A DNA stretch of 64,000 bases from an uncultured delta proteobacterium. GTDB taxonomy: Bacteria > Myxococcota_A > Polyangia > Haliangiales > Haliangiaceae. Position numbers and translations under genes: made by a program. The stretch is taken from assembly GCA_963848295.1 (NCBI GenBank), contig CAWKDB010000002.1:448001-512000 (forward strand), in the 5' to 3' direction. This document shows, one piece after another, positions 11,337 through 36,000 of the stretch (the stretch's first letter is position 1; each line of letters opens with the position of its first letter). The notes below the pieces were generated by a model that was not told the DNA's origin, did not search any database, and saw nothing but the letters and a program-made list of their open reading frames with translations.

Positions 11337-13349
11337 TCAGATCGAGAGGGTGGCGAGCGTGCCCTTCTTCCGGGCAACGGCCCAGTCGAAGAGGATGCGG
11401 GTGACCCACACGTTGGTGGTGAGCGTCGTGAACACGCCGACGAGCAGCATGACCGCGAAGCCCTTGATCGGGCCGGAGCCGTATTGATAGAGGACCCAGC
11501 CGGCGGCGGCGGTCGTGAGCTGACCGTCGAGGATCGCGGTGAACGCGCGCGAGAACCCGAGATCGATCGCGCCGCGCACGCTCTTACCGAGCAACAGCTC
11601 GTCTCGTATCCGCTCGTAGATCAAGATGTTGCCGTCGACCTCCATGCCGATCGACAGCACGATCGCGGCGATGCCGGGCAACGTCAGGGTGGCGCCGAAA
11701 ATCGCCATCACCGCGAGCGTCATGATGATGTGGAACACGACGGCGAACACCGCGATGCCGCCCGACCACCGGTAGACCACGACCATGATGAGGATGACGA
11801 GACCGATACCGATCTCGAACGACAGCCTGGTCTTGTCGATCGAATCGCGGCCGAGCGTCGGGCCGACGTGGCTCTCGCTCTCCAGGTCGAGCTGCGCGGG
11901 CAGCGAGCCGGCCTTCAGCACGTTGACCAGATCGTTCGCTTCCTTCTGGATACGATCGCCATCGTTGCCGCCCATCGTGATCGTGCAGCGACCGCCGCGG
12001 ATCGCCCCGTTGATGACCGGCGCCGAGCGGACCTTGCCATCGAGCACGGTCGCGAGCTTCTGGCCGCTGATCTGCGCCGTCAGGTTGCCGAACACTCGGC
12101 CGCCGTAGCGGTTGAACTCGAGGGAGACGACCGTGCGGTTCTGCGCCTGGTCGAACACCGGCGCCGCATTCGAGATCGACGAGCCGGTGAGCCGGACCGC
12201 TTTCTCGAGGTAGTAGCTGTGCCAGTAGCTGCGCTTGTCCTTCGCGCCCGACGGCGGCTCGACCAGCTCGTAGCCGAGCTCGTGATCGTCGGGGATCTTG
12301 AATTTCGGATCTTGCTCCGCGAGCCCGACGTAGTCGAGCTGCTTGTCGCCCTTGACGTAGCGGTCGATCAACACCCAGCCGGGCACGGTGCAGTGGACGA
12401 CGCCGTTCTCGACATCCTCGTCCTTGTACTTGCAATCGTGCTTCTTCGCCCACGCGGTGGTGTGCGACTCGTCGACGTCGAACGCCTTGATCGTGTAGTC
12501 GACGTGGCTCTCGTTCGAGTCGTCCGGCTGCCACGTCTCGGGCTCGGCGGTGATCCCGAGCTTCTTCGCCGCTGGATCCGGGGCCACGAGCGCGCCGTGG
12601 TGCGCGTCGTCGTTGCCCATGATCTTGTAGAACAGCTCCTTCATGATCTGCGCGCCCTGATGCGTCGGGCCGTCGTCGACGACCTTGAACTCGAGCTTCG
12701 CGGTGCGCGCGATGATCTCTTTGGTGTCGTTGATCATGGCCTCGTTGAGGCCGGGCAGCTCGACGATGATGTCGTCGCCCTTCTGGACGACGGTCGGATC
12801 GGCGACGCCGGTCGTGTCGATGCGCTCGCGGATCGTCGAGATCGCGTTCTCGAGCGCGGCTTTCTTCACGCCGTCGGCGAAGTCCGACGACACGCGGAAG
12901 CAGATGCCCGTGATCGTGTCGCTCGTGCCGTCGGCGGCCGTGCAGTCGCGCGTCGTGATGATGCCCTTGCCGACCTCGTCGACGTCGGCGACGACCTTGT
13001 CGACGTCTTTGAGGGTCTTCGGGTACAGCACGGTGACCGCGCCGGTCGCGGCGTTCGCGCCGAACGGGGTCTTGACGACGACGCCGGCGAGCTTCTGATC
13101 GGAGATCATCGACTCGAGGTCGCGCTTGAGCTCGGTCGCCTTGTCGTCGACCGCGGCGTTGAGGTCGATGCTGTAGTCGAGGTACAGCCCGCCTTGGAGG
13201 TCGAGGCCGAAACTGATCTTCTTGTTAAAGATCGAAGTTACCCACGACGGCAACGAGCCTTTGGGCGCGAACGTCGGCGCGAGCGTGCCGACGCAATAGA
13301 CGACGATCCCGGCGAGGATGATCGTCCGCCACTTGAGAGACCGATCCAT
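11337..13349 (-). CDS. secD: Protein translocase subunit SecD
   Basis: GLDLQGG, IIVELPG, VGPTLG, ATLTLPGIA, VDGNILIYERIRDE, GPIKGFA. Confidence 0.97.
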   Translation of the reverse strand: MDRSLKWRTIILAGIVVYCVGTLAPTFAPKGSLPSWVTSIFNKKISFGLDLQGGLYLDYSIDLNAAVDDKATELKRDLESMISDQKLAGVVVKTPFGANAATGAVTVLYPKTLKDVDKVVADVDEVGKGIITTRDCTAADGTSDTITGICFRVSSDFADGVKKAALENAISTIRERIDTTGVADPTVVQKGDDIIVELPGLNEAMINDTKEIIARTAKLEFKVVDDGPTHQGAQIMKELFYKIMGNDDAHHGALVAPDPAAKKLGITAEPETWQPDDSNESHVDYTIKAFDVDESHTTAWAKKHDCKYKDEDVENGVVHCTVPGWVLIDRYVKGDKQLDYVGLAEQDPKFKIPDDHELGYELVEPPSGAKDKRSYWHSYYLEKAVRLTGSSISNAAPVFDQAQNRTVVSLEFNRYGGRVFGNLTAQISGQKLATVLDGKVRSAPVINGAIRGGRCTITMGGNDGDRIQKEANDLVNVLKAGSLPAQLDLESESHVGPTLGRDSIDKTRLSFEIGIGLVILIMVVVYRWSGGIAVFAVVFHIIMTLAVMAIFGATLTLPGIAAIVLSIGMEVDGNILIYERIRDELLLGKSVRGAIDLGFSRAFTAILDGQLTTAAAGWVLYQYGSGPIKGFAVMLLVGVFTTLTTNVWVTRILFDWAVARKKGTLATLSI

Positions 13350-13378
13350 GAAGTACCCCTAGGCGAAACGCGGAACGA

Positions 13379-13672
13379 TCAAGCTGCCCGAGCAGCAGTC
13401 GCCGGGACTTTGCCGTCCCACTTGGCCTCGATGTACGCGCGCGGCATCCGAACGCGAACCTTCTCTTGAAGCTCGAGCACCAGCACCCCGTCGTCCGACA
13501 CGCCGGTGATCTTGCCGATCAAGCCACCACGCGTGAGCACCTCGTCGCCCTTGCCGAGCTTCGAGAGCATCGCCTGGTGCTCTTTTTGTTTCTTTACCTG
13601 CGGCCGGATCATCAGCACGTAAAAGATGCCGAAAATCACCACCATCATCAGGATCGGTTGCATGGCTTCCAT
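13379..13672 (-). CDS. yajC: Preprotein translocase subunit YajC
   Basis: FYVLMIRPQ...KGDEVLTRGGLIGKI; lies between tgt and secD. Confidence 0.96.
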   Translation of the reverse strand: MEAMQPILMMVVIFGIFYVLMIRPQVKKQKEHQAMLSKLGKGDEVLTRGGLIGKITGVSDDGVLVLELQEKVRVRMPRAYIEAKWDGKVPATAARAA

Positions 13673-13735
13673 CGCGGGTTACCTCGGAAATTCGAGGGGT
13701 TGGTACCACCCGATCCTCGTGTGGTCAAGGGTTGC

Positions 13736-15924
<2,189 letters not shown>

Positions 15925-16038
15925 GGTCGCCGACGCTAGCACGTGTCGTTGGAGTCGTACTCGCAGCCGGTGCCGCGACCGAACGCTTGAGTGCAATCGC
16001 GCAGGGCCGCGCGTGTCGTCAGTGCTACCGTGTCCGCG

Positions 16039-18528
16039 ATGCGCTCCTGGCTCTTGGCGACCTCGCTCGTCGTCGCGACCGCGCGGTCGGTGGCCGCGGC
16101 CCCGCTCGCGCAGCTGTCGGCCGATGTCGACGGCGATGGCGCGCTCGACCAGGTCGCGCTCGGCGACGACGGCGTGTTGACGGTGCACCCCGGTCATGGC
16201 GCGACCGTCTCGGTGGCCCTCGGGGCAGACATCACCGCCGCGACCCTCGCGGTCGCCCAGGTCGCGAACAGGCCGCTGATCGTCGCGCAGCTCACGAAGC
16301 CTTCCGGAGATGAGGCGGTGATCGCCTCGGCGACCGCGCGTGGCCTCGCGATCGCCTGGCGCGGTCCGGTCGGCGGCGTCGGGCTCGATGCCGAGTACGC
16401 GGTCGAGGTTCAGGCGCGCACGACCGGCATCGTCAAGTTCGAGCAGCGCTACGGCTGGGAGCGCTGCGACGGCAAGCCGGCCGACTTGTTCGCCGAGTGG
16501 TTCGATGGCACCGCTTTTCGCCAGCGCGCGCCGACGTCTATAGATGTCGCGGACACCGCGCCGAAGCTCGCGGCGCGAGTGGACGGATCGGCGAGCGCGG
16601 CGCCGGTCGTGTATCAGGCGCGCGCCGCGTCTCGCGAGCCAGGCGCGAGCAACGCCGGCGATCTCGGGCTACCGTCCGAGCTCGACGACGGCAAGCTCGA
16701 CACCGGCTGGCGCACTTCGGGCGCGCTCGAAGGCGAGTTCTTCACGTTCGTGCCGCGGATCGCGAGTGCGCGCGCGCGCGAGCTTCGCATCGTGCCGCAC
16801 AGCCCGCGCGATCGCCTGCACGAGCTCGCGATCGTCAGCAAGTCCGGTGCGTGGCGAGTCGAGCTGCCCGACGCCGCGCGCGAGCCCGCCGGCACCGCAT
16901 TCGTCGTGACGTTGCCCGAGCCGGTCGCCGGCTGCGTGTCGGTCGTGCTCGACTCGGCCTTCCCCGGGGCGCACGAGCCGCTCGGTCTCGCCGAGCTCGA
17001 GGTGTTCGCTGACGGCGAACGCGGTGGCGGCGGGGGCGACGCCATGCTCGCGGCGGCGGTCGCCGCAGGTGGCGATGGCGCACTCGAGGCGGCCGCGACG
17101 CTCGCGCGTCATGGCGCAGTCGGCGCGAGCGCGGTCGAAGCCGAGCTGGCGAAGACGACCGATCGCGGGGCGCGGGGTCGGCTCGGTCACGTGCTCGTGG
17201 CCGACAAAGATCCGGCCGCTGCCGCGGCGCTCGTCGAGGTCGTGACCGAGGGCGTGCTCGCGGGTGGCGATCTGCTCGAGGCGATCGCGGCGCTCGGCGC
17301 TGATGGCAAGACCGAGCCGCTCGCGGCGCTCGTCGCGAGACGCGAGCTCGCGATCGACGTGCGCGTCGCGGCGGTCACTGCGCTCACCCGTTCGCCTGCG
17401 GAGCTCGTCGCGCTCGCCGGCAGTGGGCCGCGCGCGCTGCGCCGCGCCGAGATCAGCGCGCTCGCGCATGCGCCGATCGAAACCCTCGTCGCCGCTGCAC
17501 GCGCCGACTCCCGGCCGAGCGGCGCCGGCGACTTGTGGCGCGCGGTCACGGAGCGAGCGCATGCAGCGCCGGCCGACCGCCCGGTTGCACTCGCCGCGAT
17601 GCTCGGCGAGCTCCCTGCGAGCACGGACTACGAGCGGCGGGCTCGGCTCGTCGATGGCATCGCGACGCTCGGCGACGCTCAAGCGCTCGTGGCGCTCGGC
17701 AAGGTGCTCGCCGAACCGCGCCGCGATTCCGAAGCCGCGGCGTTCAAGCGCATCGCCGCCCGCGCGATCGCGAACGCTCCGCGGCCCGAAGCCTTCGACC
17801 TCGTCGTCTCCCTCGCGGGCGACGGTGATCCGGGCGTGCGGCTCGCCGCGCTCGCGGCCATCGCGTCGGCCGACGGTGGCGCCGCCGGACCCTGGCACGC
17901 CGCGGGCGGCGACGATGCGGTCGACCGCCTGCTCGAGACCGCGCTCGCGAAGGATACGTGGCCCGAGGTCCGCCGGCGCGCGGCGCTGTCGCTCGGCGCA
18001 CGGTGCACCCGCACCGGCCCGGCGCAAGCGCTCACCGCCGCACTCGGTCGCGATCCGGAGGCCGCGGTGCGCGTCGATGCGCTGGTCGCGCTCGTCGATT
18101 GCGACGCGCCCGACATCGCCGGCGTGCTCGCGCGATTGTGGGACGACGCGAAGGCGCCGATCGAGCTACGCCGGCGCGCGATCGAGCTCGCGGTGACGCT
18201 GGGCGATCACCGGCTCGGCGCCGACTTGGTCGTCGCGTTCGAACGCTGGCGCCGGGAGTCGCTCGACAGCACCGCTGCGCTCGCGCTCGCCCAGAGTGCG
18301 GCCTACGCGATCGGCGAGCTGCAGCCGGACGGCGCGGCCGCTTCGCTCGCGGGCGCACTCGATGAGATCGCGTTCCCGGAGATCGTGTCGGCGGCGGCGA
18401 ACGCGCTCGGCCGCATGGGCACCGCCTGCCCCGCCGCCGCGAAAGCGAAGCTCGCGGACCTAGCGCACAGCGAAGAGCCGCAGATCTCGACCGCCGCGAA
18501 GCGCGCCGCTGCGCACTGTGGCAAGTAA
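16039..18528 (+). CDS. Exported protein with an N-terminal beta-rich region and C-terminal HEAT-like repeats
   Basis: Signal peptide MRSWLLATSLVVATARSVAA; DVDGDG Ca-binding-like motif; LDDGKLDTGW...LAELEVF discoidin-like pattern; HEAT repeats (DGDPGVRLAAL, DTWPEVRRRAA, DPEAAVRVDAL). Confidence 0.75.
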   Translation: MRSWLLATSLVVATARSVAAAPLAQLSADVDGDGALDQVALGDDGVLTVHPGHGATVSVALGADITAATLAVAQVANRPLIVAQLTKPSGDEAVIASATARGLAIAWRGPVGGVGLDAEYAVEVQARTTGIVKFEQRYGWERCDGKPADLFAEWFDGTAFRQRAPTSIDVADTAPKLAARVDGSASAAPVVYQARAASREPGASNAGDLGLPSELDDGKLDTGWRTSGALEGEFFTFVPRIASARARELRIVPHSPRDRLHELAIVSKSGAWRVELPDAAREPAGTAFVVTLPEPVAGCVSVVLDSAFPGAHEPLGLAELEVFADGERGGGGGDAMLAAAVAAGGDGALEAAATLARHGAVGASAVEAELAKTTDRGARGRLGHVLVADKDPAAAAALVEVVTEGVLAGGDLLEAIAALGADGKTEPLAALVARRELAIDVRVAAVTALTRSPAELVALAGSGPRALRRAEISALAHAPIETLVAAARADSRPSGAGDLWRAVTERAHAAPADRPVALAAMLGELPASTDYERRARLVDGIATLGDAQALVALGKVLAEPRRDSEAAAFKRIAARAIANAPRPEAFDLVVSLAGDGDPGVRLAALAAIASADGGAAGPWHAAGGDDAVDRLLETALAKDTWPEVRRRAALSLGARCTRTGPAQALTAALGRDPEAAVRVDALVALVDCDAPDIAGVLARLWDDAKAPIELRRRAIELAVTLGDHRLGADLVVAFERWRRESLDSTAALALAQSAAYAIGELQPDGAAASLAGALDEIAFPEIVSAAANALGRMGTACPAAAKAKLADLAHSEEPQISTAAKRAAAHCGK

Positions 18529-18529
18529 C

Positions 18530-29866
<11,337 letters not shown>

Positions 29867-30041
29867 CGATCCCTATCGGCCGATGCTACTTGCGCGGGCC
29901 CTCGATCTCAACGGTCGGGGGCACTTACGTCCGGCGCGGGCGCGGTGGTCAGCGACTTGTCACGATCAGGCGGTTGGGGGGCTAGCGGCGCCGGTATACG
30001 TATTAGGTGCCGGCTGGAAGCTCACCGCGGGAGTGCCAAAC

Positions 30042-33000
30042 ATGAGTGGGGTCGAAAAAACGCATCGCCCGGAGCGCGAGTTGGCGGAACGAGATCCGGC
30101 GACCCCGGTCGCGCGAGCCAAGCCCACGCCGACCGCGAGCGCGGACGACACGAGCGGGCAACAAGCGCGGCTATGGCGCGAGCTCGGCGCGTCGCGGGCG
30201 CCTCGCGATCAAGAGGATGCAGCGAACCTCGCGGTCGAGCACCGCGGGAGCGGCCGAGGAGTCGATCCCGGGATCGCCGGCAAGGTCGGCGCGCACATGG
30301 GCGCGAACCTCGATGGCGTACGCGTGCACAGCGATCCGCTGTCGCAGCAGTCGACCCGGGCGATGGGAGCCCGCGCGTTCGCTTATGGCAACGACGTGTT
30401 CCTAGGTCCCGGCGAATCGCCGGCCGACACCGGGTTGATGGCCCACGAGCTCGCGCACGTCGCCCAGCAGCGCGGTGGCGCAGCGACGCCGCAGATGAAG
30501 ATCTCGATCGGCGGCGTCCTCGATGCCGCGGAGGCCGAGGCCGATGCGATCGCCGCGAAGGTCGTCGGCGGCACGCAGGCCGTCGTCGACGTACTGTCCG
30601 ATGGCGGCGCGCTCAACCCCGGCCAGCTGGTCAAGCAGGCGTTCCTCGCGCAGCTAAAGCCGCTCGTCGTCGCCGCTGCGGATCAAGAGCTTGGCAAGGC
30701 GGGCGCCGCGGAGGGCTGCCCGTACATCGAGACCTACTTCGCGAAATACAGCGCGATGCCGGCGGCGCAGACCCTTGCCCTGCTCCGCAAGTGGATCCCT
30801 TCCGCGGCTTCGGTCACGTCGGCGACCGACCTCGTCCCGATGGTGGTCGCGCGCGTTCGCTCCGGGATCAAGACGTGGAAGGAGACCGGCGCGCTGCCGC
30901 CGGAGCTCGCCGCGGCCGATCCCGGCATCGCCGCCGCAGCGCGGGCGTCATCTACGCCGGGCGCACCGACGGCGCAGCGCAAGTCCCTCGATGCGCTCGA
31001 ATCGGATCTCGGCGCCGGCGAGGCCGTCGACAGCAAGCTCGCCGGGCCCCTCGGCGCGCAGGGCGCCCGCATCCATCGCGGGCCGGTCGCGGCGCAGCAC
31101 GCCAGAGCCGAGAACGCGGTCGCGTTCGCGGTCGGCCAGAACGTCGTCATGGGCGCGGGCGCGCCGCAGCAGGGAACGCCCGCCGGTGACGCGTTGCTCG
31201 CCCACGAGCTCGCGCATACGGCGCAGCAAAAAGACGCAGCCGGCGATGCGACTGCTCGCATGAAGCCAATCGGCGCCGAGGATCACGGCGCCGAGCGCGA
31301 TGCCGACCGCGCCGCGAGCGGAGCGATCTCGGGCCAGCGCGTCGCCACGCTCGGCAACTTCGCAGGCGCGATCGGCGACGTCATGCGGACCGGGCTCCAG
31401 CTCCAGCGCTGCGCGAGCGACACGAGCGTCGATCGATTCGCGTACTACAAGAAGTACGAGATCGACATCGCCAACGATGCGGCGTCGACGATCCGCCAGA
31501 TGCCGTTCGGCACGACCGACAGCACGATCGCTTGGTCGGGCGGCGGCCAAAAAGCGTTCGCCGGTCACCTCGCCGATCAAGTCGCGGCGCCGTCGACCGC
31601 AGCTTCACTCGAAGCGCTGGTCAGGCCCGAGCGGATGAGCTCGCTGATCGACTCGTCGCGGTTGCTGAACGAAGCAGGCTCCGCGAAGGGGCCCGATCAA
31701 TACTTCCACGCGGTCGGCGTCGAGGTCGCGAACGCCCTGGCCCGCCGAACCGCGGAGTCTTTAGGGCGCGAGCTGCCGCGCTACGCGCAGGCGAAGCTGG
31801 CCGGCGGCGGCGAGCCGAAGGCCGACTCGATCGCGGTGTCGCACCCGATCGATCCGCTCGTCGTCAGCGCCCTCACGATGGCGCCGATCGTCACGATCGA
31901 CGGCGCTGGATTCCGGAGCGCTCACCCCGAGCTTGCGGGCGCGCCGCGCCACATCGATCAGACGCGCAACGTCGTCACCGAAAAGGTCGGAGAGACTGGC
32001 ATGTGGTACCGGCTCAAGGAGCCGATGGATGCGACCGTCGAGGAGATCGCGAACGCGCTGCTCGGCGCGCCGACCGAGGCGTACCGAGTCACGAACGCGC
32101 ACCCGCTGTACGGCGTCGACAAGCAGAACAACGACGAGTTCTATGGCAGCCCCGGCACGTCGAGCGCGGCTAACCAGCTGCTCGTCAACGAGCCGACGCT
32201 ACGCGACGAGGCCGCGTTGTCGCAGGCCGGCGGCGGAAAACCCTCGCGGTCGGGCGCGAAGATCCTCGAGCAGATGCGCCTCAACGCGACGCTGCTCGGC
32301 AAGTCGATCTACGGCAATGCGATCAAGTTTGGGCCCGACGTCGCCGATGTCTTGGTCGCCGCAGCCCAGCGGATCAACGACCGCGCGGCCCAACTCTCGC
32401 TCGCGAAAGAGCCGGATATCCAGAAGTGGGATGCGCAGGTCACCCAGCAGCAAGATCTGCTCGGCAAGGGTTCGCGCGGGTTGCAGGCCGACGTGCTCCG
32501 CCTCCAGATGTACGCGACCCAATTCGACACCAAGCTTGGCGAGGACCCGGGCGCGAACAAGTTGCCCGACGAACATCGCAACGCGCTTCACGAGGACGTA
32601 TCGCTGTGGTGCCAGGCGCTCGCCATGACCGACATGGTGGCGAGCGCGACCGCCGCATTGCAGACCGCGGCGCGGCATTCGGCGACGCTCGAAACGCAGA
32701 TCCTCGAGCGCCAGCTCGATATCGCGCAGAGTGCGAGCTACGCCGCAAAAGATTCGGGCACGACAAAGTCCGACACCAACGTCGACTCGCTGCCGTCGCG
32801 CGAGCTCGAGGCGCGGCAGAAGCTCGCGGCGGTCCGGGCTCAGGCGCTCACCGATCCGTCCGCGATGACCGACCCGAAGACGATCGCGCTCAACGCCGAC
32901 GCCAGCCAGAACGCGCGCGACCTGGTGTTCGAGTCCTCGGTGATCGCGCAGGCCGCGCAGCTCGATGCCGCGTGGAAGATGCTCGACGATATGGACGGCA

Positions 33001-36000
33001 CGCTGTCTAACCTGACCGGTGATCACGGCGACCTCGCCGCCCTGAAGAGCGAGGGCAAGCGCTACTACGTCCGGTGGACCAACATCTACAGCCAGATCAC
33101 GAAGATCCCGCGAGACCCGGCGGCCGCGAAGACCGCGAAGGCGAACGCGCGCCAGGACTACGAGAAGCTGGTCGCGACCCCCGACTTCCAGACGTTCATG
33201 AACCGCGTGCAGACGCTGGTCAAGGACACCCAGAAGCACCATCTGATCGCGACGATCATCGCGACCGTCGTCATCACGGTCGTGACGATGGGAGCCGGCC
33301 TCGTCGTCGAGGGCCTCGTCGGCGGCGGCGCGGTCGCGGCCGAGGTGGCCGATGGCGTCGAGGTCACGACCGAGGTCGCGTCGGCCGCGCGCAATGCGCG
33401 CATCGCCGGGATGGTCGCGAACGCGGCGACCGGCGCCGTCCTCAACCAGCTCATCTTCGCGAAGTCCGTGACGATCAAGGGCATCGCCGCCGACTTCGGC
33501 CGCAACATGCTGCTGTTCGGCGCATTCAAGATGGTGTCGGCTGGCTTCAAGATGGCGGGGCTCGCCAAGATCGCGGAGGCCGGCCTCAAGCCGGGCGCGA
33601 CCGCTGCCGACGTCATGAAGGGCGGCGGCGTGATGATCGGAGAGGCCGTGCTCAACGGCGGCGTCGGCGCACTCGAGGCGCTGTGCGAGGCGAAGCTGAG
33701 CCAGGCGATGGGTGGCAAGCCGCTCACCCAGGAGGAGGCCGAATCGATCGTCCTGCACAACGTCGTGCAGATGGTCGGGCTCGCGATGTTCTCGCGGTTC
33801 ATGAACTCGCCGATGCAGGCGCTCAAGATCAAGGCCGCGTTCCAGGGGCAAAACTGGCGACGCGCGGTCGCGCTGCGCAGCGCGAACCGGTCCGCGATGA
33901 CGGCGCTCGGCGCCGGCGAGCATACGTCGACCGAGATCGTCGCCGCCGCGAAGAAAGAGTCTCAGCTGATCGAGGTCGAGACCCAAGCGCTCGAGGAGCT
34001 CAAGGCGCAGGGCGACAAGGCGCTCGAGGGCACCGGCTACACCGAGGCACGACTAGACGGTCAGATCGCGACCCTCAAGGGCTATGGCGCCAAGGCGCGC
34101 GGCTTCCAGTTCGCGTTCGGGATGACGGAGGTCGGCGACGGCCTCTACACCGCGCCGCGAGCGCAGGTCGCGGACATGATGAACGCCCAGGCTGGCATCC
34201 TCGAGAAACCACCGACGGTCGAGAGCAAGGACCCGAGCACGGGCGCGCGCACGTGGGTCTTGCAGCCGAAAGACGGCGACGCGTTCCGGGTCCAGGAAGA
34301 GATGCCGGAGTGGAGCTACAAGACCGCCGCCGGCAAGGAGCTCGTGCAGGTCATCGAGCGCAACCCGGGCATGGCGTGGGTGTTCGAGGCGCCGCAGGCA
34401 CAGATCGACGCGATGGTCGACTACCAGCGCACGCTGTCGACGAACGATCCCAAAGCGGTGGCCGCAGCCGACCAACGGCTAAGCAAGGCCATCACGAAGA
34501 ACCAATTCGAGGAGGTCTCCGCCGCGATCAAGGCGTTCGCGAGGTGGCAGAGCGCCGCCGACCAAGCCGACGAACGCCAGGCGCTGATCGACGGCAAGCC
34601 GCTCGACGCCGCCCAACGCGAGCACCTCGAGGCCGAGCTTCGCCGCCAGGTGCCGGACATCCGGCTCATGGACGCCGTGCAGAACCGCGGCGCGAAGACG
34701 GTGCTGTCGGTGTTGGTGCCGGGCGGCGGAGAGTCCGGCATCAAGGCAATGAACGACGACATGATCGGCTACGGCATGAACTCCGGCTCTCTGATCCCGG
34801 CGCGCAATCGGATCATCAGCGACGCGTTCTCGCGCCAGGGCTTCGAGATCGTCGATCAGGGCTACAAGATGACGACGCTCACGACGACGATGCCGGCCGA
34901 GCAGACCGCAGGAAAGATCAGGATCGCGCTCGCCGAGATCGATCAGGGCATGAAGCCGCTGCTGATGAGGGTGCTCGGGGACGGCATCGCGCACTTCACC
35001 GTCGAGAAGTCCCAGCTCTCGCCGAAGGATCCGAACTACGCGGTGTACGAGAAGCGAATCGCGAAGATGACCGCACTCCGCGCGAAGATCGCGTCGAATC
35101 CAGACTTTCACTTCGATTTCCATATCGGCGAGTCCGAGATCGCCGGCGCGGGGCCGGGCCAGAAGCCCGACTACGCCGCCGTGCTCGCCGCCGAGATGGA
35201 TGCGTCTAAGGCCGCGATCATGGCACGCGACGCCAAGGTCACGAGTGGCCGAACGGCGGACACCGACGGGCGTGCGATGGTCTATTCGAAGGCGACGTTC
35301 ATCACGTTCTGCAAAGAGACGGTGGCGCTCAAGGCCAAGCTCGCCGGAGCGGAGCTCCCTTACGAAGGACGTGTGGTCCGCGTGTTCGCCGGTGACGGCG
35401 AGATCAATCACGACCTGCTCCGTGCGATCCGCAAGCAGTCGTACAAGGAGAAGCTCTCGGCTGCACAGTCCAAGATCCTCGAGGACCTCGGCCAGTACAT
35501 CACGCGGGTCAACTCGTTCGACTACGTGAAGCAGTTCACCGGTGACGAGGTCGCGAACCAGGGCACCGAGGTCGACGAGACCGCGGCGCTGATCAAGAAG
35601 CTGCAGAGCGGCGAGCCGATCGATCGCGACACGGCGGCGAAGATCGACCAGGTCCTACGTGGCTCGAACGGGATCGCGCAGCAGGATGCCGGCAGCGAGG
35701 CGCAGTACTTCGCGAAGGCTGCGAAGCTGCAGAACCGCATCGTGCTGAACGCGGACATCAAAGACATGGGCCTGGACCTGTTCGACGGCTACGCGAAGAC
35801 GATGGACAGCGTCGGCTCGGGCAAGGCGACCAACCTCGACGCCGCGTCGGCGTCGGCGAGTGACCCCATCGTCGAGTTCAAGCGCCACGCGTCGGAGGAC
35901 TTCGTGCGCTACTACAAGACCGACCTGATGACGAAGGCGCGCAACCTGGCGCAGCCTCGAGAAGACGGCCGCGTGCTGCTCGACGCGCTCGACCGCGAGA

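Noticed and set aside
10482..13469. 995-aa plus-strand ORF and similar long antisense ORFs (for example 39709..42516, 45781..47616, 32199..33986, 54989..56815)
   Set aside because: Shadow frames opposite well-supported genes, expected in high-GC DNA; no motifs recognised.
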